A stretch of DNA of 64,000 bases, taken from contig OZ252251.1 in NCBI GenBank assembly GCA_965249725.1, forward strand, positions 384,001-448,000, read 5' to 3'. How positions within the stretch are numbered: position 1 is the stretch's first letter; every line of letters starts with the position of its first letter. The notes below the pieces were generated by a model. That model was not told the origin of the DNA and made no database searches. It was given only the letters and a program-made list of their open reading frames with translations. The translations under genes were made by a program, and so were the position numbers. Positions 1 to 8,334 of this stretch are shown here, one piece after another. This stretch comes from Longimicrobiales bacterium. GTDB taxonomy: Bacteria > Gemmatimonadota > Gemmatimonadetes > Longimicrobiales > Gaopeijiaceae.

Positions 1-1820
1 CGGGAGACCTGCAGGTTCCCATCGTCCGCCCCGACCCACAGGATCTGGGGATCGAGGGGCGACTCGGCGATGACGCTGATCTCGCTGAAGTTCGACGTCC
101 CGTCGTTGGGTGAGATCGTGAGGTCAGAGCCGTAGACACCCATGAGCTGAAGCTCGCCTCGGTCGACGTTGCGGGTCAGATCCTCGGTGCGGGCCCACGA
201 GTCGCCACGATTGCGGGAGATGAACAACCGATTCCCGCCCAAGTAGACCACCGACGGGTCATGTCTGGACACCAGGCTCGGCGACGCCCAGTCCCAGCGG
301 TATGACGACTCTCCTTCGGGCGCGCGGGGCCGAATGTCGAGCATGTCGCCCGTTTCCGCGTCGAGGCGGTAGTAGCCCCCTCCGTTCGAGTTCGCGTACA
401 CGTACCGGTGACTGGTCGGGTCGACCTGCTGGTACATGCCGTCGCCGAAGCCGGTCTGCATCCAGTCATCGTTGATGATGCCGATCCATCGGCGCGTCTC
501 TGAGGGACCCATCCAACTGTGGTTGTCCTGCATGCCGCCGTAGACCCAGTACGGGTCGCGGTTGTCCACACCGATGGCGTAGAACTGTCCGATCGCGAAG
601 TTGTTGAGCTTCCGGAAGTTCACACCCTGGTCGTACGTCTCCCACAGGCCCGCGTCACCGACCAGGTAGAGGTGATTCGGGTCGTTGGGGTCGATCCACA
701 GTCCGTGTTGGTCCGCGTGGACTCCCACGTCGTAGGTGGGACGCATAGCGATCTCCGTCCAGGTGGTCCCCCCGTTCTCGCTCTTGTAGGTCGAGGTCCC
801 CAAGACGTATACGCGGTCTTCGTCCGACGGGTCGATGAAGATCTCCGAGTAGTACATCGGCCTCGGGTCCATGGAACTGACCCTGCGCCAAGAGGCTCCT
901 CCGTCTTCGCTCCGGTAGGTGCCCTGCTGATCCGCGTCGGCGTGCTGAACGAGGGCGTTCAGCACCATCGGATTCGACTCGGAGATGGCGAGGCCGATCC
1001 GACCCTTGTCTCCCTCCGGGATGCCTCCAGTGAGCTCACTCCAGGTATCCCCGCCGTCGGTGGTCTTTTGGATGCCGCTCCCGGGCCCGCCGCCGTTGAA
1101 TCCCCAGGCCCGTCTCAGACGCTGGTACGTGGCTGCGTAGAGAGTCCCCGGATTGCGGCTATCCATGACCAGGTCCACGGCCCCGGTGTACTCGTCGATG
1201 AACAGGACCCGCTCCCAGCTTCTGCCGCCGTTCCTGGAACGGTAGACACCGCGCTCCTCGTTTCCGCGCCACAAGTTTCCGAGCGCTGCCACGTAGACCA
1301 CGTCGGGGTTCGTGGGGTCTACCAGCACCTTGCCGATGTGCCGGGTCTCGACGAGGCCCACGTGACGCCAGGTGTCCCCTGCGTCGTCCGAGCGATACAC
1401 GCCGTTGCCCCAGGACGAGCTCTGGCGGTTGTTCTGTTCACCGGTGCCGGCGTACATGATGTCGGGGTTGGACGGGGCGATCGCCACGTCACCGAACGTG
1501 CTGACTTCCTTGTCGGCGAAGACGTTGCTCCAGGTGTGGCCCCGGTTGCTGGTCTTCCAGAGTCCGCCTGACGCCGAGGCGAGGAAGATGGTCGAGGGAT
1601 CGTCGGCGAGCGATTCCACGTCGTGAATGCGTCCACCGGTTACTGCGGGTCCGATGAGACGCGGTTGGAAGGTGGAGAGCTGGTCGGCGGAGATCGGGAC
1701 CGCCTGTGAGGAGCCCTGGGTTGGGAGCATAGCGAGGGCGGAGAGCATCACGAGCGCAGGGAGTATCACGGAGGCGGTGAGTATCGTGAGGGCCGGGGGC
1801 ACTGTCTCCAAGGACCTCAT
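1..1820 (-). CDS. VPS10/sortilin-like BNR (Asp-box) repeat secreted protein, putative glycosyl hydrolase; partial, runs off the window's left edge
   Basis: Not in the ORF track because its stop is outside the window. My translation from ATG 1820 gives a signal peptide, then RLIGPAVTGGRIHDV, ASASGGLWKTSNRGHTW, YAGTGEQNNRQSSSWGNGVYRSDDAGDTW, repeated SxDGGxTW boxes and GGMQDN. Confidence 0.88.
   Translation of the reverse strand, partial: MRSLETVPPALTILTASVILPALVMLSALAMLPTQGSSQAVPISADQLSTFQPRLIGPAVTGGRIHDVESLADDPSTIFLASASGGLWKTSNRGHTWSNVFADKEVSTFGDVAIAPSNPDIMYAGTGEQNNRQSSSWGNGVYRSDDAGDTWRHVGLVETRHIGKVLVDPTNPDVVYVAALGNLWRGNEERGVYRSRNGGRSWERVLFIDEYTGAVDLVMDSRNPGTLYAATYQRLRRAWGFNGGGPGSGIQKTTDGGDTWSELTGGIPEGDKGRIGLAISESNPMVLNALVQHADADQQGTYRSEDGGASWRRVSSMDPRPMYYSEIFIDPSDEDRVYVLGTSTYKSENGGTTWTEIAMRPTYDVGVHADQHGLWIDPNDPNHLYLVGDAGLWETYDQGVNFRKLNNFAIGQFYAIGVDNRDPYWVYGGMQDNHSWMGPSETRRWIGIINDDWMQTGFGDGMYQQVDPTSHRYVYANSNGGGYYRLDAETGDMLDIRPRAPEGESSYRWDWASPSLVSRHDPSVVYLGGNRLFISRNRGDSWARTEDLTRNVDRGELQLMGVYGSDLTISPNDGTSNFSEISVIAESPLDPQILWVGADDGNLQVS
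1722..1793 (-). repeat. Imperfect 18-bp x4 tandem repeat within the signal peptide
   Basis: GCCCTCACGATACTCACC / GCCTCCGTGATACTCCCT / GCGCTCGTGATGCTCTCC / GCCCTCGCTATGCTCCCA, encoding ALTILT-ASVILP-ALVMLS-ALAMLP. Confidence 0.6.
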
Positions 1821-1921
1821 TTGGCTGGCGCGAAGCATTAAGGACTCCAGTCGTATCGGAAACTCTCGGAGCAGGTTCTCGCCGGAGGCATACCTCATAA
1901 AGCTCCCGAGAGACGGTAGAA

Positions 1922-2704
1922 TTAGGCGGGTGGCACCGGGCCCGCCAGGGCTTCTCGGACGATATCGAGTACTTCACCTGACATGTCCTGCGCGCCGAGC
2001 ATCCACTGGAGGTAGTCGGGCTCGGACAGAGCCACCTCGGCAAGAGATCGCCCCTTGTGTTTGCCCCTCCGGAAGAGACGACCGTCGGGCCCTGATTTGA
2101 ACCACTGGTCGACGGCCGTTCGGATCGGCATGACTTCGTCGCAGTACCGATTGAGAGCGTCCATGTCGCGGGGCAGATCGGGATAGCGGTCCATCTGGGC
2201 CGCCAGGACGGCGGCCGTCGTACGGATGTCACCGAGCGCGCTGTGCGCCTCCTGGTGCTCACGGTCCAGGTAGAACCGCGCGGCCGCCGACAGGTCACGG
2301 GGTTCCTCCCGGTGGAAGATTCCCTGCACGTCGATGATCCGGCGCGACTTGTAGTCGAAGTCGAGGTCGGCGCGTTTGAATTCGGCCAGGAGCATCGGGA
2401 GATCGAAGCGGCGGATGTTGAAGCCGCCCAGGTCGCAGGGGTCGAGGAGATCGAAGAGGGCCTTCGCTCGTGACGTGAACGGGGCCTCTCCCGCTACGTC
2501 CTCGTCCGAGATCCCGTGAACCGCAGCGGCCTCGGGATGGATGGGCACACCCGGGTTGAAGCGACGTACACGCTCCAACACGTCACCCTGTGGGGAGACA
2601 CGGAGGATGGCCATCTCGATGATGCGATCATCGGTGGTGCTCAGCCCCGTCGTCTCGAGATCGAAGAAGACGATGGGCCGGTCGAGCTCGATGGGGAGCA
2701 GCAT
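1922..2704 (-). CDS. DEDDh 3'-5' exonuclease (DnaQ/epsilon-like)
   Basis: FFDLETTG (ExoI), GFNIRRFD (ExoII), AHSALGD (ExoIII), and a C-terminal GKHKGRSL..DYLQWM module. Confidence 0.92.
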   Translation of the reverse strand: MLLPIELDRPIVFFDLETTGLSTTDDRIIEMAILRVSPQGDVLERVRRFNPGVPIHPEAAAVHGISDEDVAGEAPFTSRAKALFDLLDPCDLGGFNIRRFDLPMLLAEFKRADLDFDYKSRRIIDVQGIFHREEPRDLSAAARFYLDREHQEAHSALGDIRTTAAVLAAQMDRYPDLPRDMDALNRYCDEVMPIRTAVDQWFKSGPDGRLFRRGKHKGRSLAEVALSEPDYLQWMLGAQDMSGEVLDIVREALAGPVPPA

Positions 2705-2766
2705 CAGGCGGCCTGGCGAAGAGTGGGCATCAGCCTATGATAGCGGGCATGGAACGAACAGGCAGC

Positions 2767-3747
2767 ATGCGGGCGGTCGTCATGGACGAACCGGGAGGGC
2801 CGGAGGTTCTCTCGGTGCGATCCGCACCCATGCCGATCCCCGAAATCGGCGAGATCCGAGTGAAGGTTGCAACGTCCGGCGTCAATCGGGCCGACCTCCT
2901 GCAGCGGATGGGGAACTACCCGGTCCCGGAGGGTTGGCCCGAGGATATTCTGGGCCTCGAGTTCTCGGGTGTAGTGGACACTCTGGGTCCCCAGGTCGAG
3001 CGGTGGAGTGAAGGGGACCGGGTCATGGGCATCCTGGGTGGCGGCGGATATGCCGAGTACGTGACGACACACGGTACGTACGTCGTACCGGTTCCGGATG
3101 CGGTCGGACTCGAGGAGGCCGGCGCGATTCCCGAGGTGTTCATGACCGCGTTCGATGCGGCGGTGATGCAGATGGGGCTGCGATCCGAAGAGACCATCCT
3201 CATCCACGCCGTGGGTAGCGGTGTGGGGACGGCCGCCGTGCAGATCGCGAATGCCCTCGGCGCGCGCACGCTCGGTACGTCTCGCACGCCCGCCAAGCTC
3301 GAGCGGGCGATGGCGCTCGGCCTGGAGCACGCCGTGCCGGGCGACGCCGAGTGGCCCGAGCGGGTGCTCGAACTCACGGATGGTCGCGGCGTGGACGTGA
3401 TCCTGGATCTGGTGGGCGGACCCTACCTGGAAGGGAATCAGAAGGTCGTGGCGGTCCGCGGGCGGCACGTGGTCGTGGGAGTCCCGGGCGGAGCGGTCGC
3501 GACCATCAATCTGAGGGCCATGATGGGCCGACGAGCGACGATCAAAGGCACGGTCCTGAGAGCGCGGCCCCTCGAGGAGAAGGCAGTGCTCGCTGCGGCG
3601 TTCGAGGAGCGCATACTTCCGCTGTTCCCGGGTGGGCAGGTGAGCCCGGTGATCGACCGTGTGTTCTCACCGGAGGAGGCTGGGGAGGCTCACCGGTTGA
3701 TGGCAGCGAACGAGAACTTCGGGAAGCTCCTGCTCCACTGGGAGTAA
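2767..3747 (+). CDS. NAD(P)H-quinone oxidoreductase, PIG3/zeta-crystallin MDR family
   Basis: GVNRADLLQRMGNYP, ILGLEFSG, GGGYAEY, IHAVGSGVGTAAVQ, ENFGKLLL. Start chosen at MRAVVM. Confidence 0.93.
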   Translation: MRAVVMDEPGGPEVLSVRSAPMPIPEIGEIRVKVATSGVNRADLLQRMGNYPVPEGWPEDILGLEFSGVVDTLGPQVERWSEGDRVMGILGGGGYAEYVTTHGTYVVPVPDAVGLEEAGAIPEVFMTAFDAAVMQMGLRSEETILIHAVGSGVGTAAVQIANALGARTLGTSRTPAKLERAMALGLEHAVPGDAEWPERVLELTDGRGVDVILDLVGGPYLEGNQKVVAVRGRHVVVGVPGGAVATINLRAMMGRRATIKGTVLRARPLEEKAVLAAAFEERILPLFPGGQVSPVIDRVFSPEEAGEAHRLMAANENFGKLLLHWE

Positions 3748-3756
3748 CCCGCCCTC

Positions 3757-3863
3757 GGTGGTGCCTCGTCGGTGGTGCCTCGATGGTGGTGCCTCGATGG
3801 TGGTGCCTCGATGGTGGTGCCTCGATGGTGGTGCCTCGATGGTGGTGCCTCGATGGTGGTGCC
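3757..3863 (+). repeat. Intergenic tandem repeat, 14-bp unit GGTGGTGCCTCGAT, about 7.6 copies
   Basis: One variant copy, six identical copies and a partial copy, contiguous with no spacers, between two convergent genes. Confidence 0.97.
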
Positions 3864-3869
3864 CGGTGG

Positions 3870-6698
3870 CTACCCCGTCTTGAGCGACTCGCGGATCACC
3901 CGAGCTTGTTCGACCACGTGGCCGATGTTCTTCCCTTCCGCGGGGCTGGCGCGTTCGGGACGCGCTACGTGGCTCAGCTTGAGTTCCCGAGGCACCACGG
4001 CTCGAAGGCGCGGGCCCACGTATGAAAGGGCTCCCATGTTCCTCGGCTCTTCCTGAACCCAGACAACCTCGCGCACGGCAGGGTAGCCGGCGAGCAGTTC
4101 CTCGATCTCGGATGCCGGGAACGGATAGAGTTCCTCGAGTCGCACGACCGCGACCCCGGATTCGTCTTGTCGCAGTTCACTGCCTGCCAGGTCGTAGTAC
4201 AGCTTTCCGGAGCAGAGCAGCAGGCGGGTGACCGAGTCGGCTTCGGTCACCACGGGATCGTCGAGTACGGGCTTGAAGCCCCCTTCCACGAGATCGGCGA
4301 CGGCTGATGTGGCTCGAGGGTGCCGGAGAAGGCTCTTCGGCGTCATGACCACGAGGGGGCGCTCCGGGCGGACATGTGCCTGCCTTCGGAGCAGGTGGTA
4401 GTACTGCGCGGGCGTGGTGGGTGACACCACCCGCATGTTGTCCTCGGCGCACAGTTGGAGGAAGCGTTCCAGCCGGGCGCTCGAGTGTTCGGGCCCCTGG
4501 CCCTCGTAGCCGTGAGGGAGGAGCATCGCGAGCGTGGCGACCTGCCCCCACTTCTCCCAACCCGAAGACACGAACTGGTCGATGGAGACCTGGGCCGCGT
4601 TGGCGAAATCGCCGAACTGGGCTTCCCACAGGACCAGGTCCTTCTCCGAGGCCACGCTGAAGCCGTACTCGAAGCCCAGGACGGCCATCTCGGAAAGAGG
4701 GGAGTTGTGCACCGTGAAGCGCGCTTCTCCGTACTTGGCGAGCGGCGTGAACTGCTGGCCCGTCTCGGCGTCGTGGAGCACCAAGTGTCGATGGCTGAAC
4801 GTCCCGCGCTGCGAGTCCTGCCCGGTCAGCCGCACCGGAACGCCCTCCCAGAGGAGTGAGCCGAACGCGAGAGCTTCCGCGTGACCCCAATCCAGAGAGA
4901 AGGCGGGACCGAACCCGTCGTCACGTCTCGAGAGTTGCCGCTCCAGCTTGGGATGGACCGTGAAGTCCTCCGGCGTGGCTACTGCTGCTGCGTTCACCTC
5001 CAAGAGAACGTCGAGCGGAATGGAGGGAATGGAGCCGCGCGGCGGCCCCAGGTTCGAGTCCTCCATAGCGTCGGCGGCCGAGTGCTCTTCGCTCTGCACC
5101 TCGTCCTGAGCGTCGCGAAGGTAGCCGGAGACTCGGGCGGTGATCACATCCACGTCGTCAGCGCTCAGCACGCCCGCACCGACGAGGGCGTCCGCGTAGA
5201 CCGCCCGAACCGTCGGATGCTCCTTGATCCTCTTGGACTCGAGCGGTTGGGTATAGCCCGCTTCGTCACCCTCGTTGTGGCCGTAGCGACGGTAGCCCAC
5301 CAGGTCGATGACCACGTCATCGTGGTACTCGGCCCGATATGCCATAGCGAGCCGAACGGCGGTCATGCACGCCTCGGCGTCATCGGCGTTCACGTGGATG
5401 ATCGGGAAGCTGAAGCCCTTGGCCAGATCGCTGGCGTAGCGCGTGGAGCGATCGTCGATCGGAAGCGTCGTGAAGCCGATCTGGTTGTTGGCGATGAGGT
5501 GTACCGTCCCGCCCGTCGTGTAGCCGGGCAGCCTTCCGAGGTTGAGCGTCTCGGCCACGACGCCCTCACCCGCGAACGCGGCGTCACCGTGGATCAGAAT
5601 AGGCACGACGGCCGCCGTATTTCGCTCGGTTCCCTGGTCATCGCCTTCATGCTGAAGCGCCCGCGCCATTCCTTGTACGACAGGGTTCACGAACTCGAGG
5701 TGACTCGGATTCGGCGCCAGCGTGATGTGGATGACCGATCCGTCCGGCAGGCTGCGTTCACCCTCGGCCCCGTGGTGGTACTTCACGTCACCGGTACCCT
5801 CCACGGAGAAGGCACCCTTCGCTTCAATGCCCTCGAACTCGCGGATGATCTCCTCGTATCCGACTCCCACGAAGTGAGCAAGAACGTTCAAGCGGCCCCG
5901 ATGAGCCATGCCCAACACGACCTGCTGGGCCCCGGCTCGGGCGGCCTCTTCGAGGGCGAGGTCCATCATGGGGACCATCATGTCGGTCCCTTCGATGGAA
6001 AAGCGCTTCTGGCCCAGGTAGGCCTTGTGAACGAACTGCTCAAGCCCCTCGACCTCAGCCAGTCGCTGTAGGAGCCTGACCTGGTCGCCGGCCGCCATGG
6101 GCTGTGCGTGCACCCCGGACTCCACCTGGTCCCAGAGCCAACGTACCGCCGAGGGGTCCTCGAGGTGCTCGAACTCATAGCCGATGGTCCCGCAGTAGGC
6201 CTTCCCTAGCCTCTCCAGCGCCGACGCCAGGGACTCCTCTCCCACTCCCTCCATGACCAGAGAGGCGGGCAACTCCTCGAGCTCCTCCATGCTGGTGCCG
6301 AAGAACGACGGATCCAGCTGAGGATGTCCGGGCGGTGCCGATCCCAGCGGATCGATCTGGGAGAGGTGGTGGCCATGGTCGCGGTAGGCCTGCACGAAGG
6401 ATGTCGCGCGCGCCACCACCGGAAGGAGCCGGCGCATGGCATCGGCTTCACCCTGCACGGCGTGCAGTTCCTCGGTCCGGAACTCGGTGACCTTCGCTGC
6501 AGGAGCGTCGACTGAGCCGCCCCCGTTCGCCGCCAAGCTCTCGGGTACCATGAGGCCTGCTTCACGAGCCGCCGCCGGCCCCAACGAGAAGAATCGTCGC
6601 CACTCTTCGGGGACCCCTGATGGGTTCCGGGCGAACTCTTCATAGAGCGCCTGAGCGTACGCGGCGTTCTGGCTGTCGAAGGGCTTCTCTTCCATCAC
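3870..6698 (-). CDS. sucA: 2-oxoglutarate dehydrogenase E1 component
   Basis: GQKRFSIEG, GMAHRGRLNVL, GDVKYH, NPSHLE, HGDAAFAGEGVVAET (ThDP motif), GQDSQRGTFSHRH, WEAQFGDFAN, HGYEGQGPEHSSARLERFLQ. Confidence 0.98.
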   Translation of the reverse strand: MMEEKPFDSQNAAYAQALYEEFARNPSGVPEEWRRFFSLGPAAAREAGLMVPESLAANGGGSVDAPAAKVTEFRTEELHAVQGEADAMRRLLPVVARATSFVQAYRDHGHHLSQIDPLGSAPPGHPQLDPSFFGTSMEELEELPASLVMEGVGEESLASALERLGKAYCGTIGYEFEHLEDPSAVRWLWDQVESGVHAQPMAAGDQVRLLQRLAEVEGLEQFVHKAYLGQKRFSIEGTDMMVPMMDLALEEAARAGAQQVVLGMAHRGRLNVLAHFVGVGYEEIIREFEGIEAKGAFSVEGTGDVKYHHGAEGERSLPDGSVIHITLAPNPSHLEFVNPVVQGMARALQHEGDDQGTERNTAAVVPILIHGDAAFAGEGVVAETLNLGRLPGYTTGGTVHLIANNQIGFTTLPIDDRSTRYASDLAKGFSFPIIHVNADDAEACMTAVRLAMAYRAEYHDDVVIDLVGYRRYGHNEGDEAGYTQPLESKRIKEHPTVRAVYADALVGAGVLSADDVDVITARVSGYLRDAQDEVQSEEHSAADAMEDSNLGPPRGSIPSIPLDVLLEVNAAAVATPEDFTVHPKLERQLSRRDDGFGPAFSLDWGHAEALAFGSLLWEGVPVRLTGQDSQRGTFSHRHLVLHDAETGQQFTPLAKYGEARFTVHNSPLSEMAVLGFEYGFSVASEKDLVLWEAQFGDFANAAQVSIDQFVSSGWEKWGQVATLAMLLPHGYEGQGPEHSSARLERFLQLCAEDNMRVVSPTTPAQYYHLLRRQAHVRPERPLVVMTPKSLLRHPRATSAVADLVEGGFKPVLDDPVVTEADSVTRLLLCSGKLYYDLAGSELRQDESGVAVVRLEELYPFPASEIEELLAGYPAVREVVWVQEEPRNMGALSYVGPRLRAVVPRELKLSHVARPERASPAEGKNIGHVVEQARVIRESLKTG

Positions 6699-6817
6699 TC
6701 ACGACTTCGGGCGGGCCGAAAAAGCGGTCCTAGCGGACCTCGAAAATGGAACTCCTAACCTAGTGGAATTTCCCTCCCCGGCGAGCCCTGTCACCGCGTG
6801 GTGAAACGCTCGGGCTC

Positions 6818-7591
6818 TTGTTAATCGACTCGGGGATCTTGAGTATCCCTGACATGTTCGCTGACTCTACCGTCCCGTTTCATCCATTGAATGAGTGGGT
6901 GGATCGCTTCCCCTGGGTGATTGCCGGTATCACCAATGCCGGTGACGCGGACGAGCCCTTCGATCTTCGCCTCTTCGGCGACGCGCCTCCACCCTCCGCG
7001 CCCGACCGCTGGAAGGCCCTTCTCGAGGCATCGGGCTTCTGGACTGTGGCCAACACTCAGCAGGTGCATGGAGCCCACGTGGCGGTACACTACGACCTTC
7101 CCCGGGGCGTGCACGTCCAGAGTGGACCTGCGGACGGGCATGTCACGTCTAGGCCGGGTGTGCTCCTGGCGGTCACGATAGCCGATTGTGTGCCCGTCTA
7201 CCTCGTCGACCCGGAGGCGCGCGTGGTCGCTCTCCTGCACGCCGGTTGGAGGGGCATAGCCGCCGGCATCATGGTGGAGGGGGTGGGCGCACTCCGGAGT
7301 CGGTTCGGCTCCCAGCCTGCCGACCTACACATGCATCTCGGACCGGCCATCTGTGGCGCGTGCTACGAGGTCGGTCCCGAAGTCTTCGTCGCCCTCGGGT
7401 TGCCGGCACCAGCGGGCCCGACCCCCGTGGACGTGCGGGCCGCTCTGGTTTCGCGGGCCCGGGCGGCCGGTGTGGCAGAAGGCCAGATCACGGTCTCGCA
7501 AGAGTGCACGCTGTGTGGAACGGCCGGCCTCTTCTCCCACAGAGGAGGCCGATCCGAACGCCAGGCAGCGTTGCTGGGGATTCGGCCGTGA
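6818..7591 (+). CDS. pgeF: PgeF/YfiH/YlmD family purine nucleoside phosphorylase (laccase-like domain)
   Basis: QQVHG, ADGHVT, TIADCVPV, HAGWRG, GPAICGACYEVG, FSHR. The start may be ATG 6854. Confidence 0.9.
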   Translation: MLIDSGILSIPDMFADSTVPFHPLNEWVDRFPWVIAGITNAGDADEPFDLRLFGDAPPPSAPDRWKALLEASGFWTVANTQQVHGAHVAVHYDLPRGVHVQSGPADGHVTSRPGVLLAVTIADCVPVYLVDPEARVVALLHAGWRGIAAGIMVEGVGALRSRFGSQPADLHMHLGPAICGACYEVGPEVFVALGLPAPAGPTPVDVRAALVSRARAAGVAEGQITVSQECTLCGTAGLFSHRGGRSERQAALLGIRP

Positions 7592-7782
7592 ATCCCGGAG
7601 TGGGCCTCTGTGAGAAGTGTGCCTTCGTTCGGGTGGTCGAGAACAATCGAGGGTCTATCTTCCATCTCTGCGAGCGATCAAGCGAGGACTCGAGCTATCG
7701 AAAGTATCCGCAGCTGCCCGTGCTGACCTGTCCGGGCTTCGAGGTTGCGAGAACAGAACCAGACGGGGAGGTGGCTGAATGA
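7588..7782 (+). CDS. Small Cys4 putative metal-binding protein (64 aa)
   Basis: The GTG start overlaps the pgeF stop (GTGA) and its stop overlaps the next ATG (ATGA). Sequence GLCEKC..FHLCERS..KYPQLPVLTCPGF. Confidence 0.75.
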   Translation: MNPGVGLCEKCAFVRVVENNRGSIFHLCERSSEDSSYRKYPQLPVLTCPGFEVARTEPDGEVAE

Positions 7783-8243
7783 GCGATCCGTTCTACATCG
7801 CGCGGGCCGACGTGGGAAGGCTGTCGGGCATCCATCGGCGTGCTCTCCTGGAGGATGGCACCCAGGTCGACTTCGGCGTTCATGGTCCGGTGAAGTCCCA
7901 CTACGGGCTGGACTCGGAGCCGAACCTGCCTCTACCCGTAGACTACATCGTGGCCGCCGCCGCTGGCTGACTACTCGGGACTCTAATAGGCGCACTGGAG
8001 GTGCGCGGGGTCAGGCTACCGAGCGACCACATCCGTTCGAGCGCCGAGGGGATCAACGAGATGCGGAATAGGATGCCACTCCTCACTGAGATCCACGTTC
8101 AGTACACCATCCAGATCCCGGAAGGCGACAGGGAGACCGTGGACAAGGCGTTGGCAAGGCACGTGGACAAGTGTCCCACGGCCCAGAGCCTGAAGGACTC
8201 GGTCGAGATCAGCTGGACGGCCGAGATCGAGGAGAGCGCATAA
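7779..8243 (+). CDS. OsmC-family protein, probable selenoprotein (UGA 7968-7970 read as Sec64), 154 aa
   Basis: ORFs 7779..7970 and 8001..8243 are in the same frame and join as PVDYIVAAAAG-U-LLGTLIGALEVRG. The second Cys is in HVDKCPTAQSL, and a hairpin follows the UGA. Confidence 0.85.
7971..8023 (+). promoter_or_regulatory. Candidate bacterial SECIS element
   Basis: Apical stem GCGCAC(7990-7995)-UGGAG loop-GUGCGC(8001-8006), with lower pairings GACUCU/GGGGUC and CUCGG/CCGAG. The loop begins 25 nt after the UGA, with G at loop position 2. Confidence 0.7.
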
Positions 8244-8334
8244 CGTCCGGAACCCGATGCTCGCCGGCCGGGTTTGAGGTACACTGGGGCTGCGAGTTCA
8301 ATTCTCATCGAGATTTCAACACCTGGGCGAGCTG

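Noticed and set aside
519..1571. Long antisense ORFs (also 4881-6071, 13728-15224, 17905-19401, 35156-36778, 39021-40832, 51564-53072, 54255-55826)
   Set aside because: These are shadow frames of well-supported genes in high-GC DNA and contain no recognisable motifs.
3757..3863. Possible CRISPR array
   Set aside because: Units are 14 bp and contiguous, with no unique spacers and no cas genes in the window. The same applies to 11073-11173.
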